Below are positions 18,770-26,622 of a stretch of 64,000 bases of DNA, in pieces. Source of the stretch: a bacterium. Lineage in GTDB: Bacteria; UBA8248. The stretch's first letter is position 1; every line of letters starts with the position of its first letter. The notes under the pieces are model-generated. The model was not told where the DNA came from, made no database searches, and worked only from the letters and a program-made list of their open reading frames with translations. The DNA is taken from NCBI GenBank assembly GCA_965221165.1, contig CBDCRP010000002.1, forward strand, positions 288,001 through 352,000, in the 5' to 3' direction. The translations under genes and the position numbers were made by a program.

Positions 18770-19795
18770 ATGGCGGACGCGACAGACCCCATCGAGCATT
18801 TTTTCGCACAACCCTGGTCCGACGGCCTGCCCGTCGTGGTGCCGACCGAAGAGCGCCTGGCCGACATGCTCGGGAATCACGCGCCCGATGCGCTCATCGG
18901 CCACGTGCCGCCCGCAAACCACCCGGCCACCGTGGAGACGGTCGCTCTCCACGCCGTCATGGCGGGTTGTAAGCCGGAATACCTGCCCGCGCTCCTGTGC
19001 GCGCTCTCCTGCATTCTGGACGCGCGCTTCAACATGAACGGCATTCAGGCCACGATGAACCCCGCCGGCCCCCTCATCGTCATGAACGGCCCCAATGCGC
19101 GCGAAATCGGCGTGCACGGCGGCACGGGCTGCCTGGGACCCGGCTTTCGGGCCAACGCGACCATCGGGCGCGCGCTCAGGCTCATGCTCCTGAACCTGGG
19201 CGGGGGGATTCCCGGCGTGGTGGACATGAGCACGTTCGGCAGCCCCAGCAAGTTCACCTACTGCCTGCGCGAGAACGAGGAAATAAGCCCCTGGCCCTCA
19301 CTGGCGGAGGAGCGCGGGTTCGCGAAAGGGGAAAACGTCGTCACCGCCTGCGCGGGGGAAGGCCCGCGCGTGGCTCTCGATGATTCGAGCGATCACGCCG
19401 ACGGCGTACTCACCACGATCGCGAGCACCATCTCCACCATGGGCACACGCCACGCCTACTCGCCCGTGGGCGTCACGGTGATCATGGGCCCCGAGCACGC
19501 GCAGCTTCTGGCGGACAAGGGCTTCAGCCGAGAGGACGCCAAGCGCGGATTACAGGAACGCGCCCATCTGCCCGTGGGACTCTTGAAACGCGGCGGACGC
19601 TACAGGGGAAAAGAGAAAAGCGAATGGCCCGACTGGGTGGATCACGACGATGATGAGTGCATGACGCCCATGATCAGGGAGCCGGCGGCCGTCACCCTCC
19701 TCGTGGCGGGCGGCCTGCCCGGGCCCTCTTCTTTCATCATTCCGGGATGGAACAACACCAGCCGGCCCGTGTCAAAATCCTTCGTGGTGGAGTAG
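18770..19795 (+). CDS. Conserved hypothetical protein (WSDGLPVVxPT family)
   Basis: WSDGLPVVVPTEE, ATVE.VA..AVMAGCKPEY.P, NGP, GPGFRANATIGRA motifs; codon usage matches neighbours. Confidence 0.8.
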   Translation: MADATDPIEHFFAQPWSDGLPVVVPTEERLADMLGNHAPDALIGHVPPANHPATVETVALHAVMAGCKPEYLPALLCALSCILDARFNMNGIQATMNPAGPLIVMNGPNAREIGVHGGTGCLGPGFRANATIGRALRLMLLNLGGGIPGVVDMSTFGSPSKFTYCLRENEEISPWPSLAEERGFAKGENVVTACAGEGPRVALDDSSDHADGVLTTIASTISTMGTRHAYSPVGVTVIMGPEHAQLLADKGFSREDAKRGLQERAHLPVGLLKRGGRYRGKEKSEWPDWVDHDDDECMTPMIREPAAVTLLVAGGLPGPSSFIIPGWNNTSRPVSKSFVVE

Positions 19796-19912
19796 CTCTA
19801 TCGCATAGAACCGGGCGTCGACAGGGGAGCCTATATACACCCCGCGCGCGAGCCGTGGGCGAATTTTTCGCCGCGCATCGGCGGGACGGCCCACGAACCA
19901 GCGCATAAACCC

Positions 19913-21445
19913 CTAGCACCCGTAGGCTTTGTCTTCCTGTGCGGAGAGGCGCTTCCAGGCTATCGCCAGTTCCACGAGAATCCGCACGCCCACGCCGGTG
20001 CCGCCCTCGGGCCGGTAGGCTTCGTCTTTTGATGCGTGCGAGGGGCCGGCGATGTCGAGGTGCACCCAGGGCGTCTCGTCGGCGAAGTGCTGCAAGAACG
20101 CGGCGGCGGTGTTCGCTCCCCCCCAGCGCGTGCCCGAGATGTTGCACATATCGGCGATTTTGCCCTTCATCGCCTCGCCGTATTCCGGGAACAGCGGCAT
20201 GTGCCAGACGCGATCGCCCGTGCGCTCGCCGAGGTCCCGCACGCGGCCCAGGAGTTCGTCGTGCGTCCCGTACATGCCGGTGACCTTCTGGCCAAGCGCC
20301 ACCATGCAGGCGCCCGTGAGCGTGGCCAGGTCGATCATGCACTGGGGGTCGTATTTCTCGCGCGTGTAATGAAGAGCGTCGGCGAGGACGAGCCTGCCCT
20401 CGGCGTCGGTGTTGTGGATTTCCACCGTCGTTCCCTTCATGGAGCGAACGATATCGCCGGGCCGCGTGGCGTCGCCGTCCACCATGTTCTCAGCCAGTCC
20501 CGCCACGCCGATCACGGGCACCCGGGGCTTTGAGCGGGCGACGGCCAGCATCGCGCCCAGCACGGCGGCCGCCCCGCTCATGTCGGTCGTCATGAGTTCG
20601 AGACCACCGCTCGGCTTGATGGATATGCCCCCGGTATCGAACGTCACCCCCTTGCCGACGAAGGCGATGGGTTTCTGGCTCCTGGCGCCTTGGGGCCTAT
20701 ACTCCAGAATGACCAGGCGGGGAGGCTCGCTGCTGCCCTGGCCCACCGAGAGAAGCGCGCCCATCTTTTGTCTCGCCATCTGCTTCTCATCCAGCACCCG
20801 GCACCTCAAGCCCTCGCGCCGCGCCATCGCGCGCGCTATGTCGGCCAGCGCGGGCGGGCGCTTCTCGTTGCTGGGCGTGTTGATGAGGTCGCGGGCGTAG
20901 TTCGTCCCCTCGGAGAGAATCCGTCCACGCCGCACCCCGCGCCGCATGGCGCTCAGGTTCTTGCGCGCGCCCCCGCAGAGAACGGCGCTCGAAACGCCGT
21001 CCTTCTCATCCTCATCTGCAGTCTTGTATTTATCCATCCGGTAGAGAGCAAGCGCCACGCCCTCCACGATCGCCTGGGCCGCATCGCGCGCGCCCAAGCC
21101 CTCTCCCACAAGGGAGGAGGCCGAAACCGCCATCGACCCCATCCCCTCGGCGCGGGCGCGCTTGGCCGCCAGAGCGCAGGCGCAGCGAACCGATTCGGGC
21201 GATACCTCCTCCCCCAGCCCTGCGAGAATCACGAACTTAGGTACTGCGCTTCCTTCGGGCACGGGCAGAAAGGAGATTTGCCCCTCCTTCCCCTCGAAAA
21301 CCTTGCGCGCGCGCAAAGAGGCCAGGGCGTCGCCCAGGATTTTTTCGAGCTGCTCGTTTTTCTCATCTTTCGCCATGAGACAAACCAGGGCGTCCGTCCC
21401 CTGGTCGAAGCCCTCACCGCCGACAACGGAGAACCGCATAGCCAT
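19913..21445 (-). CDS. pepA: Leucyl aminopeptidase (M17)
   Basis: VGKGVTFDTGG, DMSGAA, NTDAEGRL, DLATLTGA, WVHLDIAG. Confidence 0.96.
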   Translation of the reverse strand: MAMRFSVVGGEGFDQGTDALVCLMAKDEKNEQLEKILGDALASLRARKVFEGKEGQISFLPVPEGSAVPKFVILAGLGEEVSPESVRCACALAAKRARAEGMGSMAVSASSLVGEGLGARDAAQAIVEGVALALYRMDKYKTADEDEKDGVSSAVLCGGARKNLSAMRRGVRRGRILSEGTNYARDLINTPSNEKRPPALADIARAMARREGLRCRVLDEKQMARQKMGALLSVGQGSSEPPRLVILEYRPQGARSQKPIAFVGKGVTFDTGGISIKPSGGLELMTTDMSGAAAVLGAMLAVARSKPRVPVIGVAGLAENMVDGDATRPGDIVRSMKGTTVEIHNTDAEGRLVLADALHYTREKYDPQCMIDLATLTGACMVALGQKVTGMYGTHDELLGRVRDLGERTGDRVWHMPLFPEYGEAMKGKIADMCNISGTRWGGANTAAAFLQHFADETPWVHLDIAGPSHASKDEAYRPEGGTGVGVRILVELAIAWKRLSAQEDKAYGC

Positions 21446-21689
21446 CTCCTCTTGAAAAACACCACATCAAACGAAGAAAAATAAATTTTTCCGAAGTGTA
21501 TCCCAGCGCGGCGCGCACGGCCAGACGTACAGAGGCCCCACCGCCCTTTTCTCACACGAGATGGGCGCACGGATTGTCTTGTCCCGTCCCCTGCCCCTAC
21601 AATGCCCGGGCATCGTTCGCAGGAAACGCGCGGGCGAGCGCATCAGGGCTTTTCACGACAAATTTTCCCTCTCATACGAAGGAGGCGCA

Positions 21690-22127
21690 ATGAGCTTTTA
21701 TAACTGGGATATGCTGCCCTTGAGTCATGATCGCCCGGGCGTCGCGCACAGAAGGATTTTTGGCGACAACATCCAGATGCAGCACTTGATCACCGAGCCC
21801 GGCGGCACGCCCTCCAAACTGCACAACCATCCCGATCATGAGGAGTTCTTCTACATCCAGGCGGGCGAATGGGAGTTCACGCTCGAAGACGAGGTGCGGC
21901 GCATAGGCCCTGGCGACGTGGTGCACGTCAAGGCGGGCGCGATGCACACCCTGAGGCTCCTGAGCGATGAGCCGGGGATGGCGCTCGAGGTCTTCTACCC
22001 GATGTGGAATCCCGAACTCGCCGGGAACAAGGAAGATTTTACGATAGACGCCATCAAGAACCGCATGGAATTCGCCGAAGAACCCGACGATATGAACCGG
22101 GGCCGCCCGCCCGGGCACGGGGAATGA
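21690..22127 (+). CDS. Cupin domain protein
   Basis: LHNHPDHEEFFY and GDVVHVKAGAMH cupin motifs; AGGAGG RBS. Confidence 0.88.
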   Translation: MSFYNWDMLPLSHDRPGVAHRRIFGDNIQMQHLITEPGGTPSKLHNHPDHEEFFYIQAGEWEFTLEDEVRRIGPGDVVHVKAGAMHTLRLLSDEPGMALEVFYPMWNPELAGNKEDFTIDAIKNRMEFAEEPDDMNRGRPPGHGE

Positions 22128-22198
22128 CGGGGGAGGCTGTTGAAAAAGTCCCCCAAACACAGGGAACGAATTTCTCAATCGACATACGCTTATGAAAC

Positions 22199-22422
22199 CA
22201 CTCCCCCCTTGAGGGTCGGGCTTCCCGAGGGGAAAGCCCGACGGTGAGCTAAGGGCATAAGCCCGCAAGCGAACCGGTTGGGGGTCAAACGCGACCGGTG
22301 AGGGAGCGTTTGTGTTTTTTAAGTCGGGCAGCCCCTCCTTCCTCAGTCCGGGCTGACCCCCCACCGATTCAGCCTTCGCGCAAATCGCTCGGCTTCATCG
22401 ACTCCCCCTCAAGGGGGGAGTG
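22199..22422. mobile_element. MITE-like or repetitive palindromic element, 224 bp
   Basis: Perfect 17-bp terminal inverted repeat CACTCCCCCCTTGAGGG (22199-22215 and 22406-22422), internal hairpins, no credible ORF. Confidence 0.65.
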
Positions 22423-22478
22423 TTGTCTCTCTTCTTCCCGGGCAGCGGATTTTTCGGAATTTCCCCCCTGACGAGCAC

Positions 22479-22520
22479 AAAAAAACAGGCGGCGCCCGTC
22501 GACGCCGCCTGCCGTTTTTT
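22479..22520. terminator. Intrinsic terminator, bidirectional
   Basis: A7-CAGGCGGCG ... CGCCGCCTG-CCG-T6. Confidence 0.8.
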
Positions 22521-22564
22521 GAATTTCCCTCAATGTTCCGTTACAGGTAACACCAAGGGTCGGT

Positions 22565-22660
22565 TTAGGGTTTTTTCAAGACCCTCTTTCTCGAGTGAGC
22601 CGTTTTCAGGACCCTCCGGAGAGAAGTTTCGTAGGCGGAAACTATCAATATCCTTACCAT
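22565..22660 (-). CDS. Putative 31-aa basic small protein MVRILIVSAYETSLRRVLKTAHSRKRVLKKP (or part of an sRNA)
   Basis: AGGAGG RBS 6 nt before ATG; lies between a consensus promoter and a terminator. Below the ORF-track size cut-off. Confidence 0.5.
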   Translation of the reverse strand: MVRILIVSAYETSLRRVLKTAHSRKRVLKKP

Positions 22661-22688
22661 GACAGCCCTCCTATATGGTTGGGTGCAC

Positions 22689-22717
22689 ATTTTAGTGAAG
22701 CTCCGGGGCGATGTCAA
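22689..22717 (-). promoter_or_regulatory. Sigma70-type promoter
   Basis: TTGACA (22717-22712), 17-nt spacer, TAAAAT (22694-22689), AT-rich upstream region. Confidence 0.75.
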
Positions 22718-22810
22718 GAATTTTCATCCCCAAAATGCCCATAAAATTTTAACTCCATATATTTCAATTTCTTACATATCATATTTCAAGGAGGGCGCCG
22801 CCCCCCGTTC

Positions 22811-23917
22811 CTACGCCTCGATGATGGCGGCGACCACCCCGCCGCCCACCGGACCCTGGTGGAAAACGAGGCCGGCCGAGACGTAGACCGCCGGGTCCTG
22901 CACGACGGAGGCGATGACCGCATTCGCCACCGCGCGCACGGGCCGCGTGCCCAGAACCGAATCCGTGAGCAGCGTGACGCGCTTGTCCAGAAGCCTCCCG
23001 TCCCACGGCGCGCCCGCCTTCGCGAACGCGTGAACCACCCGTTTCAGGTCCTCCTCCCCCGGCAGGCCGTCGAAGGTGAGGCCTGCGTTCTTGAGCGACT
23101 GCCGAACGGCGTCGGCGTCGATCAGATGCTGCATCACCGCGCGGCCGATCTTGTAGCGGCTCACCGATTGTGCGGAGTTCGCCAGCACGACGACTTCCGA
23201 GCGCATGAGTTCCACGCCCGCCGAGCAGGAGATCATCTCAGAATACAGGTCGCCCCGGCTGCACACGTCCGCTATCTCGAACGATGCCCTGTCGATTTCC
23301 CCGAGTCCCACCGCCGCGCCCAGGGCCGAGCAGCCGTTCGAGAGGCTCATCGAGCGCGTGGTGTCCGTGCTCACCACCTTCTTGCCGCGCGAGGCCGCGT
23401 CGTTGATGCGATCCGACGTGAGCAGCGGGCACTTCACCTGCACGTAGCCCACGTCGTCGAGCGAATCCACGCCCGACTTTGCGAGCGCTTCGGTCGCCGC
23501 CTCGGCCACGAGATCGACTTGCGCCATCGTGCCCAGTTCCTCGGGCAGCAGTTCCCGTGTGAAGGCGACTCCCATGGAGAGGCGCTTTTCCCCGGGGCTT
23601 TCGGCCTCGCCCACGTCCGTCTTGGAAATGGCCACCGCGTGGGGACTCATGACCCCCTCGCATCCGCCCGACATCACCATGGCGCACATCCCCTGCACCT
23701 CGGCGCGGGTGAGGCCGAGCGCCTCCATCATGTAGTCCTCGAAGGAATGGAGCGCGTAGGGCCTCGAATAGTCGTTCACCCGGCCGTTGCCCTCCGTCTT
23801 GGCGATGATGGCCTGAATGTCCGCCGCCTGAATCCGGCCCGCCGCCACCGCCTCCGCCAGACCCGAGACGTCCTCGGGTCCCGACATCTGAAACTTCACC
23901 ACCTGGGTATCAAACAT
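22811..23917 (-). CDS. Ring-opening amidohydrolase, cyanuric acid hydrolase (AtzD)/barbiturase family
   Basis: AKTEGNG, MSGGCEG, QVKCPLL, SCSAGVEL, YVS...HQGP.GGG. Confidence 0.92.
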   Translation of the reverse strand: MFDTQVVKFQMSGPEDVSGLAEAVAAGRIQAADIQAIIAKTEGNGRVNDYSRPYALHSFEDYMMEALGLTRAEVQGMCAMVMSGGCEGVMSPHAVAISKTDVGEAESPGEKRLSMGVAFTRELLPEELGTMAQVDLVAEAATEALAKSGVDSLDDVGYVQVKCPLLTSDRINDAASRGKKVVSTDTTRSMSLSNGCSALGAAVGLGEIDRASFEIADVCSRGDLYSEMISCSAGVELMRSEVVVLANSAQSVSRYKIGRAVMQHLIDADAVRQSLKNAGLTFDGLPGEEDLKRVVHAFAKAGAPWDGRLLDKRVTLLTDSVLGTRPVRAVANAVIASVVQDPAVYVSAGLVFHQGPVGGGVVAAIIEA

Positions 23918-24007
23918 AAGTCCACCTCCTCAGTATTCGCCTAAAACCTCTGTGCGCCGCGCCGGTCTCAAAGGCGAGCGGATGTCAAAAGCCATCAAAC
24001 CTCCTCG

Positions 24008-25447
24008 TTATTCGTCAAGGGCGCCCGATGCGCGAGCGCCGTTTGATGCTCCCGGAACCATCAGGCCCGCGCGCTCGACGATGGCCGCGGACGCCGCCTG
24101 CGCCTCTTCGCGAATCGAGCGCTCCTCATCCTCGCTCATTTTGCTCAGACGCCCCGCTTCCATGAGCGGCTCGCCATCCACCCAGACCCACCGCACCTCC
24201 GTTCCGTGGGCCTGATACGCGAGGACCGAGGGCAGATGATGGTTCGGATACATGTGGGGGCCGCTCATATCGAGCAGAATCATGTCCGCCCGCTTGCCGA
24301 CCTCGATGGAGCCAATCTCCTCCTCCAGGCCGAGCGCGCACGCGCCGTTTCGCGTGGCCATGTCGAGCACCTGCTGGGCCGTGATGGCGGCAGGGTCCTG
24401 ATGCACCCCCTTGTGGAGCAGGCACGCCAGCCGTATCTCCCAAAACATGTTGGCCAGGTCGTTGCAATTCGCGTTGTCCGTCCCCAAAGCCACGGGAACC
24501 CCGTAGCCCAGCATCCGGGGCACCGGAGAGACGCCCGAACCCAGATACATGTTGCTCGAGGGGAGATGCACGGCCTGCGTGCCTGATTCCTTGAGGATGC
24601 GTATGTCCTCCTCGCTCAGGTGGATGCAGTGGCCCGCCACCAGGCGCTCCGAGAGCAGCCCCCAGGCCGCCAGGTGCTGCACGACGGGAAGGCCGCCCAC
24701 TTCTGATTCCATCGGGTCCTCCGAGACGTGCGTGGAGACGCGAAGCCCCCGTTTTCCGGCCCATTCGTCCACCTCGCGGAACGTCTCGGGCTTCACGTAG
24801 ACGGGGATGTTCGGCCCCGGCCAGACGAGAACCCGGCCCCCGGCGCGGCCGTGGTATTTATCCACCAGATGAGAAGTCTCCTCGAACACCTCATCTCTGG
24901 TCTTCAAGCTCGGCGGAAAGGTTTTTCCCCAGGCGGCGATGTGGGAGTGCGCCCGCTCCGCCAGCTTCCCTTGGGGCGATATTTCGTTAAAGCTCAAGGC
25001 GAAGACGCTCCGCATCCCGGAATCGTCCATGGCCTCTATCATCGCCTCGGCCAGGGGGATCGGAATGCGCTCGTTCGTCACCACCGCCGTGGTGCCCGAG
25101 CGAATCGCCTCGCACGCGAAGAGCTTGACGGAGAGCGCCGCATCCTCGGGTGAATAGGCCGCCTGGCCGGGCGCCATGACGTTCAGGCGCCAGTCCATCA
25201 ACCGCCTGTCCGCACCCAAGCCGCCCCTGAGCAGAATGCACATGATGTGGCTGTGGGCGTTCACCAGCCCCGGCATGAGGGCCATGCCTTCGCCGTCGAC
25301 CACCCGCGCTGCGCCTGCGCTTATCCTGGACGTCGAAATCTCGGCGACCCGGCCATCCTCGACCAGCACGGACGCGCGCCCGATGACGTCTCGCGTCTCG
25401 TTCTGGGTGAGGACGCAGGCGTTTTCGACCACGAAACGACCCGACAT
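24008..25447 (-). CDS. Metal-dependent amidohydrolase (MtaD/AtzA/TrzN-like deaminase family)
   Basis: PGLVNAHSH, THVSE, GHCIH, HLPSSNMYLGSG, LGTD, GSIEVGKRAD. Start placed at MSGRFVV. Confidence 0.92.
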   Translation of the reverse strand: MSGRFVVENACVLTQNETRDVIGRASVLVEDGRVAEISTSRISAGAARVVDGEGMALMPGLVNAHSHIMCILLRGGLGADRRLMDWRLNVMAPGQAAYSPEDAALSVKLFACEAIRSGTTAVVTNERIPIPLAEAMIEAMDDSGMRSVFALSFNEISPQGKLAERAHSHIAAWGKTFPPSLKTRDEVFEETSHLVDKYHGRAGGRVLVWPGPNIPVYVKPETFREVDEWAGKRGLRVSTHVSEDPMESEVGGLPVVQHLAAWGLLSERLVAGHCIHLSEEDIRILKESGTQAVHLPSSNMYLGSGVSPVPRMLGYGVPVALGTDNANCNDLANMFWEIRLACLLHKGVHQDPAAITAQQVLDMATRNGACALGLEEEIGSIEVGKRADMILLDMSGPHMYPNHHLPSVLAYQAHGTEVRWVWVDGEPLMEAGRLSKMSEDEERSIREEAQAASAAIVERAGLMVPGASNGARASGALDE

Positions 25448-25591
25448 GGAGAAATCCTCCGGTTGGTGTATCTCCCAGAATACGACAAACAGGGGGATTT
25501 GAATATCTCCACTGGAAGCCGCGCCTTGCCAGAGAGGGAAAAGAGCATTATTAGTGTGAGAGAAAACCCGACATCCCGAGGAGAGACGCCG

Positions 25592-25987
25592 ATGTCCAAA
25601 ATCAAATTCCTGCAACACTTCAGCCTCTATTGCCGGGATTTACCGGCCATGCACAAGTTCTACAACGAAGTCCTGGAGCTGCCCGAAATGCCCCGCCCGC
25701 ACTTTCCGTTCCCGGGCTATTGGTTCGAGGCGGGAGAAGACCACCAGATCCACCTCGCCAAGGTGAGCGACACGCACGTGTCCCACTCCATCAGCGACAA
25801 CGAAGACAGCTACATGGACCACCACTTCGGGATGGTGACGGAGGATTTGGACGGCATAAAAGAGAGGCTTAAGAAACACGGCGTCGAATTTCACGACGAG
25901 CCTTACGGATATCCGCAAATCTTTTTCAGGGACCCGGAGAACAACCTCATCGAGGTCGCATCCACGGCGATGTTCGAGATGGAATAA
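25592..25987 (+). CDS. VOC (glyoxalase-like) family protein
   Basis: QHFSL, FYNEVL, QIHL, HHFG, FFRDPENNLIE; GAGGAG RBS. Confidence 0.88.
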   Translation: MSKIKFLQHFSLYCRDLPAMHKFYNEVLELPEMPRPHFPFPGYWFEAGEDHQIHLAKVSDTHVSHSISDNEDSYMDHHFGMVTEDLDGIKERLKKHGVEFHDEPYGYPQIFFRDPENNLIEVASTAMFEME

Positions 25988-26123
25988 GGCGCGCGGGCAT
26001 GAGCAAACGCTCGCTCCGCCGTGATCCCCCCATCCGCTCCGGGCCGGGAAGTCCACCCACACACACGGGAGCGTCATCGTTTCCCCATCCCGGGTTGTTT
26101 CGACGTTTCTTGGAGACCAAGCC

Positions 26124-26531
26124 ATGCCATTTCAAAAATTCCGCACCACACGGGTCACCGCCGGGGCGGGCAGCTACTCCCAGGCCCTTCTCGCCGGCAA
26201 GACGCTCTATCTCGCGGGCCAGAAGGGAGAGGGGCTCGACGGAACTCCGCACGCACGCGGCGACGCCGCGGCCCAGGCACGCCAGGCGTGCGAGAACATC
26301 CGCCGGCTTCTCGAGGAGGCCGGCGGCGACCTCTCCCACGTCGTGAAGCTCACGAACTACATTACCGACAGGGCGTACCGCAAACCCGTCTACGAGGTCA
26401 TCGCGGAATACTTCGGCCCCTATGCGCCTGCGAGCACGGGCGTAATCGTGGACGGCCTGGCTTCAGAGGATTTTCTCGTGGAAATCGACGCCACCGCTTA
26501 CATCCCCCAGGCGGGGGAGAACCACGTTTGA
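26124..26531 (+). CDS. RidA/Rid family protein
   Basis: YSQA, LYLAGQ, VVKLTNY, PAST, LVEIDATA. Confidence 0.9.
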   Translation: MPFQKFRTTRVTAGAGSYSQALLAGKTLYLAGQKGEGLDGTPHARGDAAAQARQACENIRRLLEEAGGDLSHVVKLTNYITDRAYRKPVYEVIAEYFGPYAPASTGVIVDGLASEDFLVEIDATAYIPQAGENHV

Positions 26532-26622
26532 GTAATGGGCCCTAAAAGGGCAGAATAAGGACACAGACAGACCAATCAGTGAAGCAGCCCATAAGGCTGA
26601 ATCCTTTTAGAGGAGACGGATC

